Part shown: positions 37,540-47,941 of the stretch, piece by piece
Layout: each line of letters starts with the position of its first letter
How positions within the stretch are numbered: position 1 is the stretch's first letter
NCBI GenBank assembly: GCA_046290225.1
Contig: JBKAGE010000077.1
Location: 96,001-160,000 of the forward strand
DNA: 64,000 nucleotides
DNA from: Bradymonadia bacterium
Lineage (GTDB): Bacteria; Myxococcota_A; Bradymonadia; UBA7976; UBA1532
Direction of reading: 5' to 3'
Notes under the pieces: generated by a model
Seen by the model: only the letters and a program-made list of their open reading frames with translations
The model's database searches: none
Told to the model about the DNA's origin: nothing
Program-made: the position numbers and the translations under genes

Positions 37540-40500
37540 TCAGTCCAGGCGCTGATAGGCCCGCACGTAGTCGATGAGCATCTGCTGGGGGAACTGCGTG
37601 GTGCCGTCGGGGCTGCCCACGTAGGTGCCGCCCACGGCGACGTTCAAGATCAGGAAGAACGGGTGGTCGTACACCCAGGCCGCGCCGTTGGGGAGATCGT
37701 CGACGGTGCGGGTCATGAACAGCGCGCCGTCCACGTACCAGCTGATGCTGGTGGCGTCCCACTCCACGGCGTACACGTGGAAGCCCTCGGTCAGATCGAC
37801 CTCGGCGAGGCGAGCACCGTAGAGCGACTCCCCACCTGAGTAGCCAGGGCCATGAATGGCGGCCGTCGACGTGAAGGGGTTCTGACCACGGAACTCCATG
37901 ATGTCGATCTCGCCACAGGCGGGCCAGCCCACGTCGGCGAAGTTGTCACCGAGCATCCAGAAGGCAGGCCACATGCCCTGACCACGGGGCAGCTGAATAC
38001 GCGCCTCGAAGCGGCCATACGCCTGGGCGAAGAGCCCCTCGGTCTTGATGCGGGCCGAGGTGTAGGCGTTCCCCTGGTAGGCCTCCTCGCGGGCGGTGAT
38101 CACCAGGTTGCCGTTGCCGTCGTGGGCCACGTTGTCAGTGCGGTCGGTGTTGTGCTCCAGCTGTGCGTTGCCCCAACCGTGGCCACCGACGTCATGGGTC
38201 CACTTGGTGGCGTCGACGGGGGCGCCCGCGGCGGCGTCGAACTCGTCGCTCCAGGCCAGACTCCAGCCATCTTCTGCACCGAGCACGGCGCCCAAAGCGC
38301 CGTCAGCAGCAGCGCAGGCCGAGCAACGGCTGTAGATCTCGGTGCGGGTGGTGTCGGCGTCCACCACGAACTGACGGTTGGCGAAGCCGGCACCGTCGGT
38401 GACAGGGGCACAGGCGCCGTCGCCGGCCTGTACGTCGTCGACGAGGTTCTCCTGCGCGGCCCAACCGTCGACCATGTACTTGTACTCGAGGGTGGTGCCG
38501 GCATCGAAGGCGTAGGTGGCGGTCCAGACACCGTCGCCGTCAGCGTCGCTCAGCGGGTAGCCGTCAGCGCACCAGTTACAGAACGGACCGGTGATGTAGA
38601 CGGTGTTGAAGTTGTCGGGGCCCTCGCAGTTCATGTCTACCTCGAAGGTGACGTCGTAGGTGCCGTCATTGCCACCATCACCACCATCAGCCCCAGCAGT
38701 GGGGGCCACGACGACGTTGTCCACGAGCAGCACCCCGCCGGCGTCGAAGAGCGCGCCTGCGGCGAAGTTGAAGTGGATGCTGAAGTTGGTGCCTGCCACA
38801 TCGACGTTTTGATAGTCGTAGCTGAACCGGGTCCAGGTGTTCTCGTTCAAGCCTTGGGCCTGCAAATCGAAGTAATTGGTGACGCCGACCCCCGGCAAGT
38901 TCGTCTGGGCGTGGATCGCCGACGACTGGAGCGGCGCGCCGAGGCGCACGTCGAAGCTCACCGTGATGTTCGACGAGGTGAAGTCCATGTCTGCGGCGTC
39001 GTACTGGAAGATGTAGGCGCGCCCCACCTCTTCCGTGTTCGACGCAGAGATCTGCATGGCCCCGCCGGGGTTGCCCGAACCGTCGGCCCACAGGATGACG
39101 CCATCAATGAGGGCGTCGGCCACTGGGGACCACTCATTGACCGCAGCGGCGTCGTCGAACTCGAGACGCAGCAGCTCGTCAGCGCCAGGGCCTTGAGCAT
39201 TGTCACACGCAGCGCACTGGCCATAGACGTCGTCGGCCATGGTGGCACCATTCACAGTGATCTGACGGTTGGCGAAGGTGGCGCCGTCAGTGATGGGCGC
39301 GCAGTCACCGTCGCCGATGAGGTCTTCCTGACTGACGAAGCCATCCACCATGTACTTGTATTCGAGATCACCGTCAGCGAAGGGGTAGGTCCCGGTCCAG
39401 ATGCCGTCACCGTCTGCATCGGCGAGGGGGTAGCCGTCGGCACACCAGTTACAGAACGGACCCGTCACAAACACCGTGTTGAAGTTCTCGCCAGAGCAGT
39501 TCATGTCCACGCTGAACGTCACCGGGGAATCCGCGGGCGGCGCAGGGTTACCCGTGGGGGTGATGACGATGTTGTCGATGAGCATCGCGCCGCCAGAGGC
39601 GTCCACGGCGCCAGCGGCGAAGTTGAAGTGGATGATGAAGTTGCCGTTGCCCGTGGTCACGTTCTCGTAATCGAAGCTGAAGCTCGTCCAGTCGTTCTCG
39701 TTGAGCCCCTGGGCCTGCAAATCGAAGTGGTTCGTGGCCCCCACGCCCGGCACCACAGTCTGTGCATGCACCGCCGACGCGACCAGGGGCGCTGCGAGAC
39801 GCAGATCGAAGCTCACCCTCACCGCGTCAGAGCTGAAATCGACGCCCACAGCCTCGTACTGGAAGATGAAGGCCCGGCCTGAGTTGTTGGGGTTGGTCCC
39901 CGAGATCCGCAGCGCGCCTCCGGGGTTGCCGGCACCATCGGCCCACATCAGCTCGCCGTTGTCCACCGCGTCAGCGACAGGCGTCCAGCCATTCACCGAG
40001 GCCGCGTCATCGAAGCGCTGCTCCCAGTCTGCATCTGCGGCAGGGGGGGGCTCGTTCTCGCAGGCAGTGCACTGACCATAGACATCGTCGGCGGTGGTGG
40101 CGCCGTTCACCGTGATCTGGCGGTTGGCGAAGTTAGCCCCATCGGTGATGGGGGCACAGTCGCCGTCGCCGATGAGGTCTTCCTGACTGGCGAAGCCATC
40201 CACCATGTACTTGTACTCAAGGGCGCCGTTCTCGAAGGGGTAGGTCCCCGACCAGATGCCATCGCCATCATCGTCGCTCAGCGGGTAGCCATCGGCGCAC
40301 CAGTTACAGAACGGCCCCGTGACATACACAGTCGTGAAGTCCTCACCCGAGCAGCTCATATCCACGCTGAACGTCACCTCGGGATCCGCCGGCGGAGGCT
40401 CGGCACCACCGGTGGGGGCCACAACGACGTTGTCGATGAGCAGCACCCCGCCAGCATCTGCCACAGCGCCAGCGGCGAAGTTGAAGTGGATGCTGAAGTT

Positions 40501-43500
40501 GCCGTTGCCCTGCGTCACGCCCTGGTAGTCGAAGCTGTAGCTCGTCCACCCGCCCTCGTTCAGGCCATTGGCCTGCAAGTCGAACTCGTTGACGGCACCG
40601 GCGCCCGGCAGGATCGTCTGCATGTGCACCGCCGAAGCAACCAGAGGTGCAGCGAGACGCAAGTCGAAGCTCACCGTCACGTCGGACGCGCTGAAGTTCA
40701 CGTCTGCGGCGTTGTACTGGAAAATGAAGGCCCGGCCGCTCTCGTCGGGGTTCGTCGCCGAAACCTGCAGAGCGCCACCGGGGTTACCCTGACCATCAGC
40801 CCAGCCCACGATGCCGAAGTTCTCGGCGTCGGCCACCCGGATCCAGGTGTCCACCGAGGTGGCGTCGTCAAACTCCAAGCGGAGCATCTCGCCATCCACG
40901 GGCTCCTGAGGACCGTCGTCTTCACAGGCAGAGCAGCGACCGTAGGTCTCGTCGAGCACGATGCCGTCGACGATGTTGGCCTGGCGGTTGGCAAAACCAG
41001 CACCATCAGTCACAGGTGCACAGGCGCCGTCACCGGCCTGCACGTCGTCGACGAGGTTCTCCTGGTTGGCGAAACCATCGACCATGTACTTGTACTCGAG
41101 GGGGCCTTCGGGAAACTCGTAGGTGCCCTCATAGGTGCCGTCACCATCGGGGTCAGTGAGGGGGAAGCCCTCGGCACACCAGTTACAGAACGGCCCCGTC
41201 ACGAAGACCTCGTTGAAGGCGTGCTCGGCGCAGCTCATGTCCACCCGGAACGTCGCGTTCACGTTCTGGGGGGGCACGACACCGCCGCCACCCACGAAGG
41301 TGATGTCGTCGAAGTAGTAGGTGCGAGCCTCGCCAACGTCAGGACCAGAGGTGCCGAAGTCGAAGAAGATCGACACCTTGTCGTAGGTGGCGTCGGGGTT
41401 GAGGGCCGCGGTGTCCGGGGCCTGGTTGTCGAAGTCGAAGGTCAAGGTCTCCCAGACCATGGCCTCGGTCACCGTGGCCTCGGTCTCGACAGAGATCTGG
41501 TTGTTCCGGGCGTCCTCGATCTTGAGGCGCACGGGGATGTTGGCCACGGGGGACCACACCCGAACGGTCATGCGCGTGTTCTCGGCGTCGATGGGGATCA
41601 CGCCGACATCTTCGTTGGGGCCGCTCACGGCGGTGGTGCCGGCCCAGAGCTCGGCGACCTCGGTCTTCACCACCTGCACCACGGTGTTCGCAGCGTCGGT
41701 GGGATCAGGTACCAGCTGTGAGTCGTCGGCACCGCCGAAGCCGACGGCGGCGTACACCACCTCCGGATCGTCGAAGGTGACAGTCTCGAAGACACCACGG
41801 GGCGGCGGAGGCTCACAGGCAGAGCACTGGCCGTAGACCTCGTCGAGCGTGACATCACCATTCACCATGATCTGGCGGTTGGCGAAACCTGCGCCATCAG
41901 TCACAGGGGCACAGGCACCGTCACCGGCCTGCACGTCGTCGATGAGGTTCTCCTGGTTGACGAAACCATCGACCATGTACTTGTACTCGAGGGCGCCGGC
42001 GGGGAAGGCGTAGGTGCCCTCGTAGGTACCGTCACCATCGGGATCAGTGAGGGGGAAGCCCTCGGCGCACCAGTTACAGAACGGCCCCGTCACGAAGACC
42101 TCGTTGAAGGCGTGCTCGGCACAGCCCATATCGACCCGGAAGGTCACGTCACCGCCTTCGGGCGGCGGCGGGGGGCCGTCGTTGCAAGCTTCGCACTGGC
42201 CGTACACGTCATTGGCAGCGGTGACGCCATCCACAGTGATCTGGCGGTTGGCAAAGTTGGCACCATCAGTGATGGGGGCACAGTCACCGTCGCCGATGAG
42301 ATCCTCCTGATTGGCGAAGCCATCCACCATGTACTTGTACTCGAGGTCACCGTTGGCGAAGGGGTAGGTCCCGGTCCAGATGCCGTCGCCGTCTTCGTCG
42401 CTCAGCGGGAACCCATCGCCGCACCACTCGCAGAACGGCCCGGTGACGAACACAGTGGTGAAGTCGTGCTCAGCGCAGTTCATGTTGACGCTGAACTCCA
42501 CCGAACCCTCGCCTGGGGGAGGGGGATCGATGCCGCCGCCACCAGAGGTCACGACGATGTTGTCGATGAAGAGCACCCCACCGGCATCAGCGACAGCGCC
42601 AGCGGCGAAGTTGAAGTGGATGATGAAGTTCCCGTTGCCCAGGGCGACGCCTTCGTAGTCGAAGCTGTAGTTCGTCCACCCGGCATCGTTCAGGCCGTTG
42701 TTCTGCAGGTCGAAGTGGTTGGTGGCCCCCACGCCCGGCAAGATCGTCTGTGCGTGCACAGCGGAAGCGACCAGGGGCGCGCCAAGACGCAGGTCAAAGC
42801 TCACGTTGACCTCGGCAGAGTCGAAGTCGAGCCCCACTGCCTCGTACTGGAAGATGAAGGCCCGACCATTCTCGTCGGGGTTGGTGCCCGAGACCCGCAG
42901 CGCACCACCGGGGTTGCCGGCGCCGTCGGCCCACATCACCTCGCCGTTGTCCACGGCATCAGCGACGAGCATCCAACCATTCGCCGATGCCGCGTCGTCG
43001 AAGCGCTGCTCGAACATCGCGTCGCCAGGGGGCGGCGGAGGCGGCTCGTCGCCACACCCATCACAGCGGCCATAAGTCTCGTCGAGGGTGAGGTTGCCGG
43101 CGATGTTCACCTGGCGGTTGGCGAAGTTCGCGCCGTCGGTGATAGGCGCACAGTCGCCGTTACCAGCCTGCACGTCGTCGAGCAGGTTCTCCTGATTGGC
43201 GAAGCCATCCACCATGTACTTGTACTCGAGGGCGCCGGTGGGGAACCGGAAGGTGCCCTCATAGGTGCCGTCGCCGTCGGGATCATTCAGCTGGAAGCCA
43301 TCACCGCACCAGTTACAGAACGGCCCGGTGATGAAGACCTCATTAAAGGCGTGCTCGGCGCAGCTCATGTCCACCCGGAAGGTCACATCGGCCTCTTCCG
43401 GCGGAGGCGGGGGATCATCGCCACAGTCGCTGCACTGGCCATAAGTCTCGTCGAGGGTGATGTTGCCCACGAGGTTGACCTGACGGTTGGCGAAGTTCGC

Positions 43501-45609
43501 GCCATCGGTCACCGGTGCACAAGCGCCATTGCCTGCTTGAACGTCATCGAGCAGGTTCTCCTGATTGACGAAGCCGTCGACCATGTACTTGTACTCGAGG
43601 GGACCAGAGGGGAACCGGTAGGTGCCCTCGTAGGTGCCATCACCATCAGGATCGGTGAGGGGGAAGCCTTCGCCACACCACTCACAGAAAGGCCCGGTGA
43701 CGAAGACCTCGGTGAACTCGTGCTCCGCACAGTTCATGTCTACGCGGAAGGTCACGTCGACCTCTTCGGGGGGCGGCGGGGGCTCGTCGCCACAGGCCTG
43801 ACACTGGCCATAGGTCTCAGTGAGGGTGACGTTCTCCACGAGGTTGACCTGACGGTTGGCGAAGTTCGCGCCATCGGTCACCGGCGCGCAGGCGCCGTTG
43901 CCGGCCTGCACGTCGTCGATGAGGTTCTCCTGGTTGGCGAAGCCATCCACCATGTATTTGTATTCGAGAGGGCCAGAGGGGAACTGATAGGTGCCCTCAT
44001 AGATGCCATCATTGTTGTCATCTACGAGGGGGAAGCCCTCGGCGCACCATTCACAGAAGGGCCCGGTGACGAAGACCTCGGTGAACTCATGCTCGGCACA
44101 GTTCATGTCCACCTGGAAGGTCACGTCGACGTTCTCCGGGGGATCGACGGGACCACCGGGGGGATCATCGTTCCGCCACTGCACGTCGTCGAGGTAGAAG
44201 GTCACCGTCTCGGCCTCACCGGGGTTCTCCAGGAACCAGGCGAAGCCACCCTTGATCTCCACCACCCCCTCGGGGATGAGCATGTGGCGATCTTCGGGGG
44301 TGTCGCTGAGCAGGTCGTAGCCCGTCTCCACGTTGAAGGTGTCCACCTCGTTGATGCCCGCGGCGAAGTTGGCCCGCTCGGTGCCAGTCTCGCCCCAGAC
44401 CCGGTAGCGCACGTGGGTGGCCCCGGGCTCCACCATCAGGCCCGGCAGGTCACCCCAGTTGTTCTCGGGGTGCTGGAAGAAGAAGCCCACCCAGGGGTTC
44501 CCGTTCGGGGTCCAGGTGATGCGCAGGCAGCCACCCTCAGTGGCATCCATGGCGCAGGGCTCGGCCTCGACCTCGCCGCCGCCCATGAAGCCCGACATGA
44601 CAAACTGCTCTTCGATGAAGAAGGGGAAGCCCTGTGCCGGAGGCTCACCTTCACACGCTACGAGCGTGTCGAGGGCGGCGCTGCAGTCACCTGTGGAGGC
44701 GAGGGCGTCGTCGGTGCAGGTCCAGCCGTTCTCTGCCACACAGGTGAGGTAGGCCTCCACCTCGGTGGCGCACTCACCGCCGATGCGATTGCCGCAGGCC
44801 TCTTTGCACTGCAGGTAGCCCGGCACGCCGGCGCAGTTCTCGACCGCCCGGGAAGTGGCACAGGTCACCGTGCATAGATCCACCTCGTCGGCAGGGTCTG
44901 CGAGGAACTGCAGATCGTCGATGTAGAACTCGACGGGGCCATCAGCGGCTTCGGTGAACCATGCCAGACCACCGGCGATGTCGGTGTAGGGCACCCCGGC
45001 GATGTCAAGGGTGTAAGTGGTGGGGGTGTTGGTCAGTTCGATGAACTCGGTGCTCACCGAGTATCCATCAGCAGCGCCGTAGCCTGACTGGAAGGAGACA
45101 CGCTCGCCGCCGGCAGCACCCCATGCAGTGAACTGCAACCGAGTGGCGCCCTGAGGCAGCAAGTAGCCTGGATCGTCACCCCAGTTGCCCTGGGGGCTCT
45201 GCCAGAAGACACCGCCCCAGCCATTCATACCAGGGGTGTACACGAAGTTATGGCACTCACCGACGGCACCATCAGTGCGCATGGGGCAAGTGGTGCCTGC
45301 GGTGATCCCACCGCTCTCACCATCACCCATGAAGCCACTCGGTGAGAAGTGATCGTCCAGGGCCACAGGGAGCATGCCCACAGGGCCTCCGCCGGCACCG
45401 CCCACGGCACCGCCAGCACCGCCTACGGCGCCACCTGCGCCACCAACAGCGCCACCTGCGCCACCTGCGCCACCGCCAGAGCCACCCACCGGTATGCAGC
45501 TGTCACCGCTGCGCACTCGGCCTTCGGGGCAACTCGCATCGCCACCATTGTCGGTGTCGTCGCAGGCCATGACACCTGCGCTCAGGGCAAGGGCGCCCAC
45601 GATCCTCAT
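37540..45609 (-). CDS. Giant modular GH16 beta-1,3-glucanase lipoprotein
   Basis: Lipobox VMAC; C-terminal WSDEFD...WPAFWMLG...GEIDIME; 9 copies of a ~105-aa Cys-containing module and 4 copies of a ~160-aa module; start may be 45675. Confidence 0.9.
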   Translation of the reverse strand: MRIVGALALSAGVMACDDTDNGGDASCPEGRVRSGDSCIPVGGSGGGAGGAGGAVGGAGGAVGGAGGAVGGAGGGPVGMLPVALDDHFSPSGFMGDGESGGITAGTTCPMRTDGAVGECHNFVYTPGMNGWGGVFWQSPQGNWGDDPGYLLPQGATRLQFTAWGAAGGERVSFQSGYGAADGYSVSTEFIELTNTPTTYTLDIAGVPYTDIAGGLAWFTEAADGPVEFYIDDLQFLADPADEVDLCTVTCATSRAVENCAGVPGYLQCKEACGNRIGGECATEVEAYLTCVAENGWTCTDDALASTGDCSAALDTLVACEGEPPAQGFPFFIEEQFVMSGFMGGGEVEAEPCAMDATEGGCLRITWTPNGNPWVGFFFQHPENNWGDLPGLMVEPGATHVRYRVWGETGTERANFAAGINEVDTFNVETGYDLLSDTPEDRHMLIPEGVVEIKGGFAWFLENPGEAETVTFYLDDVQWRNDDPPGGPVDPPENVDVTFQVDMNCAEHEFTEVFVTGPFCEWCAEGFPLVDDNNDGIYEGTYQFPSGPLEYKYMVDGFANQENLIDDVQAGNGACAPVTDGANFANRQVNLVENVTLTETYGQCQACGDEPPPPPEEVDVTFRVDMNCAEHEFTEVFVTGPFCEWCGEGFPLTDPDGDGTYEGTYRFPSGPLEYKYMVDGFVNQENLLDDVQAGNGACAPVTDGANFANRQVNLVGNITLDETYGQCSDCGDDPPPPPEEADVTFRVDMSCAEHAFNEVFITGPFCNWCGDGFQLNDPDGDGTYEGTFRFPTGALEYKYMVDGFANQENLLDDVQAGNGDCAPITDGANFANRQVNIAGNLTLDETYGRCDGCGDEPPPPPPGDAMFEQRFDDAASANGWMLVADAVDNGEVMWADGAGNPGGALRVSGTNPDENGRAFIFQYEAVGLDFDSAEVNVSFDLRLGAPLVASAVHAQTILPGVGATNHFDLQNNGLNDAGWTNYSFDYEGVALGNGNFIIHFNFAAGAVADAGGVLFIDNIVVTSGGGGIDPPPPGEGSVEFSVNMNCAEHDFTTVFVTGPFCEWCGDGFPLSDEDGDGIWTGTYPFANGDLEYKYMVDGFANQEDLIGDGDCAPITDGANFANRQITVDGVTAANDVYGQCEACNDGPPPPPEGGDVTFRVDMGCAEHAFNEVFVTGPFCNWCAEGFPLTDPDGDGTYEGTYAFPAGALEYKYMVDGFVNQENLIDDVQAGDGACAPVTDGAGFANRQIMVNGDVTLDEVYGQCSACEPPPPRGVFETVTFDDPEVVYAAVGFGGADDSQLVPDPTDAANTVVQVVKTEVAELWAGTTAVSGPNEDVGVIPIDAENTRMTVRVWSPVANIPVRLKIEDARNNQISVETEATVTEAMVWETLTFDFDNQAPDTAALNPDATYDKVSIFFDFGTSGPDVGEARTYYFDDITFVGGGGVVPPQNVNATFRVDMSCAEHAFNEVFVTGPFCNWCAEGFPLTDPDGDGTYEGTYEFPEGPLEYKYMVDGFANQENLVDDVQAGDGACAPVTDGAGFANRQANIVDGIVLDETYGRCSACEDDGPQEPVDGEMLRLEFDDATSVDTWIRVADAENFGIVGWADGQGNPGGALQVSATNPDESGRAFIFQYNAADVNFSASDVTVSFDLRLAAPLVASAVHMQTILPGAGAVNEFDLQANGLNEGGWTSYSFDYQGVTQGNGNFSIHFNFAAGAVADAGGVLLIDNVVVAPTGGAEPPPADPEVTFSVDMSCSGEDFTTVYVTGPFCNWCADGYPLSDDDGDGIWSGTYPFENGALEYKYMVDGFASQEDLIGDGDCAPITDGANFANRQITVNGATTADDVYGQCTACENEPPPAADADWEQRFDDAASVNGWTPVADAVDNGELMWADGAGNPGGALRISGTNPNNSGRAFIFQYEAVGVDFSSDAVRVSFDLRLAAPLVASAVHAQTVVPGVGATNHFDLQAQGLNENDWTSFSFDYENVTTGNGNFIIHFNFAAGAVDASGGAMLIDNIVITPTGNPAPPADSPVTFSVDMNCSGENFNTVFVTGPFCNWCADGYPLADADGDGIWTGTYPFADGDLEYKYMVDGFVSQEDLIGDGDCAPITDGATFANRQITVNGATMADDVYGQCAACDNAQGPGADELLRLEFDDAAAVNEWSPVADALIDGVILWADGSGNPGGAMQISASNTEEVGRAYIFQYDAADMDFTSSNITVSFDVRLGAPLQSSAIHAQTNLPGVGVTNYFDLQAQGLNENTWTRFSYDYQNVDVAGTNFSIHFNFAAGALFDAGGVLLVDNVVVAPTAGADGGDGGNDGTYDVTFEVDMNCEGPDNFNTVYITGPFCNWCADGYPLSDADGDGVWTATYAFDAGTTLEYKYMVDGWAAQENLVDDVQAGDGACAPVTDGAGFANRQFVVDADTTRTEIYSRCSACAAADGALGAVLGAEDGWSLAWSDEFDAAAGAPVDATKWTHDVGGHGWGNAQLEHNTDRTDNVAHDGNGNLVITAREEAYQGNAYTSARIKTEGLFAQAYGRFEARIQLPRGQGMWPAFWMLGDNFADVGWPACGEIDIMEFRGQNPFTSTAAIHGPGYSGGESLYGARLAEVDLTEGFHVYAVEWDATSISWYVDGALFMTRTVDDLPNGAAWVYDHPFFLILNVAVGGTYVGSPDGTTQFPQQMLIDYVRAYQRLD

Positions 45610-45674
45610 CCAGGTTCGAGGGGTCTCCACAGCATCACTCCTTGAGTGCTCTTCATCACTGATGATCTTGTGCA

Positions 45675-45697
45675 CTTTGTTCGTTAGCAGAACTAAG
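45675..45697. promoter_or_regulatory. Putative ROK-repressor operator 1
   Basis: CTTTGTTC-N7-GAACTAAG imperfect palindrome in the divergent AT-rich promoter region. Confidence 0.65.
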
Positions 45698-45753
45698 GGG
45701 TTTATGTAAACTCAATGTAAATGGCTTCTTGACATTATAAGCGGAGATTGAAA

Positions 45754-45776
45754 CTTTGTTTTCATCAAGAACAAAC
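45754..45776. promoter_or_regulatory. Putative ROK-repressor operator 2
   Basis: CTTTGTTT-N7-GAACAAAC, same spacing as operator 1; TTGACA at 45729-45734 just upstream. Confidence 0.65.
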
Positions 45777-45802
45777 TGGTGTGAACTTCACGGAGGTTTC
45801 CG

Positions 45803-47062
45803 GTGAGCGCTGAGCCGAATCACCACTTTCTGCAGTTGGAACGCGCAGAAGGCGGGCGCCTCGACAACCTGAGCATGAGGGCCCGAAACCAGGGCATGCT
45901 CTTGAGGCGTATCTGGTGCAGCGGGGCCACCTCTCGGGCTGATCTGGCTCGAGAAACAGGCTTGAGCCGATCTGCTACATCGGGCCTCGTCGAGTCTTTG
46001 CTTGAGGCAAACCTCGTCGAAGAGACCGGTGCCGGGGTCTCTCGGGGCGGGCGGCGTCCTACGCTGTTGCGTTTCGCCGACGAGGCCTACCGGATCATCG
46101 GCATCGATCTCGGCGCGTCTCACATCAGCGCTGCCATCACCAACCTGCGCGGTCGCGTCGACGCATGGGTCACTCAACCATGCCCGGTGCGCCATCAGCC
46201 CAAGATCGCCCTCGAGATGGTCAGGGGCATGGTGAGCGATCTCATGCAGGAGGCTCAGATCGCCCCTGAGGAGCTCCTCGGGGTGGGCCTCGCTGTAGCC
46301 AGCCCGGTGAACCCCAAGACGCCTGGTCGCCTGCCGCCGCTCTTCATGCCCGAGTGGCGCCGCATCAACCTGCTCACCGACTTGCAACTGCCTCACAACC
46401 CGCCGCTGCTCATCGACAACGATGCCAATGTCGGCGCCCTCGCCGAGGCCTGGTGGGGGGCCGGTAAAGATGGCTCGAGCCTGGCGTTCATCAAGCTGGG
46501 CACTGGGGTGGGCGCGGGCTTCGTCATCAACGGCCGCATCTTCCGCGGTCATGGTGGCACCGCAGGCGAGATCGGGCACATGGTCATCGACCCGCATGGC
46601 CCCGAATGTGTGTGCGGCCTCAAGGGCTGCCTGGTGACCTTCCTGGGTACGCCGGCCCTTCTGGCTTCGGCCAGGAAAGCGGCGCAGCAGCCCGACAGCC
46701 ACCTCGTGGCCCACGAGGTCGACTTGAACCACCTGCTCGCGGCGGTGAGAGAGGGTGATCGAGCCGCTCGAGCGGTGATCACTGAAGCCGCTCAACGCCT
46801 CGGCCTCGCCGTGGCGGGCCTGCTCAACCTCATGAACCCCGAGGTGGTGGTCCTCGGTGGGCAGCTCGCGTCTGCCGGCGACGCCCTGCTGCACCCCCTT
46901 CGAGAGCGCGTACAGCGCCGCAGCTTCTGGACCGCTGTGTCCCACAGCCGAATCGTCGCCAGCGAGCTCGGCGCTCGGGATGTCGCCCTCGGCGCAGCCA
47001 CCCTGGTGTTGCAGGAGTCACTGCTCGACCCGGGGCGATTCTTTGACGGATGGAGAGTGTGA
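45803..47062 (+). CDS. ROK-family transcriptional repressor (XylR/NagC-like)
   Basis: SRADLARETGLSRS HTH, GIDLG, IDNDANVGALAE, GEIGHM...CVCGLKGCL. Confidence 0.92.
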   Translation: MSAEPNHHFLQLERAEGGRLDNLSMRARNQGMLLRRIWCSGATSRADLARETGLSRSATSGLVESLLEANLVEETGAGVSRGGRRPTLLRFADEAYRIIGIDLGASHISAAITNLRGRVDAWVTQPCPVRHQPKIALEMVRGMVSDLMQEAQIAPEELLGVGLAVASPVNPKTPGRLPPLFMPEWRRINLLTDLQLPHNPPLLIDNDANVGALAEAWWGAGKDGSSLAFIKLGTGVGAGFVINGRIFRGHGGTAGEIGHMVIDPHGPECVCGLKGCLVTFLGTPALLASARKAAQQPDSHLVAHEVDLNHLLAAVREGDRAARAVITEAAQRLGLAVAGLLNLMNPEVVVLGGQLASAGDALLHPLRERVQRRSFWTAVSHSRIVASELGARDVALGAATLVLQESLLDPGRFFDGWRV

Positions 47063-47940
47063 TGGTGCACGCAAACCTGATGCCCCGCCTCGGCCTCCGA
47101 GCATGTGTCTGTGCAGGTGCCCTCGCCCTGTCGATGCTCGGCTGTGGCGATGGCGAGACCCCTGCCCCGCAACAGCCAGAGGTCCCCGATGCAGGGCTCG
47201 CCCCTCAAACCGGCTGGCGCCTGACCTGGAGCGACGAGTTCGACGCCCCAGCAGGTAGCCCCATCGATCCAGAGAAGTGGGTGCACGACATCGGCGGCGG
47301 CGGTTGGGGCAATCAGCAGCTCGAGTTCAACTCCGATCGCACGGAGAACGTGGCCCACGACGGCAACGGCAACCTGGTCTTCACCGCCATCCAAGAAGAC
47401 TTCATGGGCAACAGCCACACCTCGGCTCGTATCAAGACCGAGGGGCTCTTCAGCCAGCGCTACGGCCGCTTCGAGGCCCGGATCCAGCTGCCTCGCGGCC
47501 AGGGCCTGTGGCCCGCCTTCTGGATGCTCGGCGACGACATCAGCACCGTGGGATGGCCCGAGTGCGGTGAGATCGACATCATGGAGTTCCGCGGCCAGAA
47601 CCCCCTGGAGTCCACGGGGGCGATCCACGGGCCGGGGCACTCCGCGGGGCAAGCCTATGGCGGCTTGCGCAGGTCAGACTCCGATTTGACCGAGGGCTTC
47701 CACGTGTACGCCGTGGAGTGGAGCGAAGACTCCATCGTCTGGTCTGTGGACGACGACGTGTTCCTTCGAGCCACCCCCGAGAGCCTGCCCAAGGGCTCTC
47801 CCTGGTCCTTCGACGACACCTTCTTCCTGATTCTGAACGTCGCTGTGGGCGGCACCTATGTGGGCAACCCCGACGACACCACGGTGTTCCCCCAGCGCAT
47901 GCTGGTGGACTACGTGCGGGTCTACGAGGCCGAGCGCTGA
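47050..47940 (+). CDS. GH16 beta-1,3-glucanase lipoprotein
   Basis: Lipobox MLGC; WPAFWMLG, GEIDIME; start uncertain. Confidence 0.92.
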   Translation: MESVMVHANLMPRLGLRACVCAGALALSMLGCGDGETPAPQQPEVPDAGLAPQTGWRLTWSDEFDAPAGSPIDPEKWVHDIGGGGWGNQQLEFNSDRTENVAHDGNGNLVFTAIQEDFMGNSHTSARIKTEGLFSQRYGRFEARIQLPRGQGLWPAFWMLGDDISTVGWPECGEIDIMEFRGQNPLESTGAIHGPGHSAGQAYGGLRRSDSDLTEGFHVYAVEWSEDSIVWSVDDDVFLRATPESLPKGSPWSFDDTFFLILNVAVGGTYVGNPDDTTVFPQRMLVDYVRVYEAER

Positions 47941-47941
47941 C

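Noticed and set aside
37540..45609. CRISPR-like or DGR-like DNA repeats
   Set aside because: Repeats are in-frame protein domain duplications of 300-500 bp.
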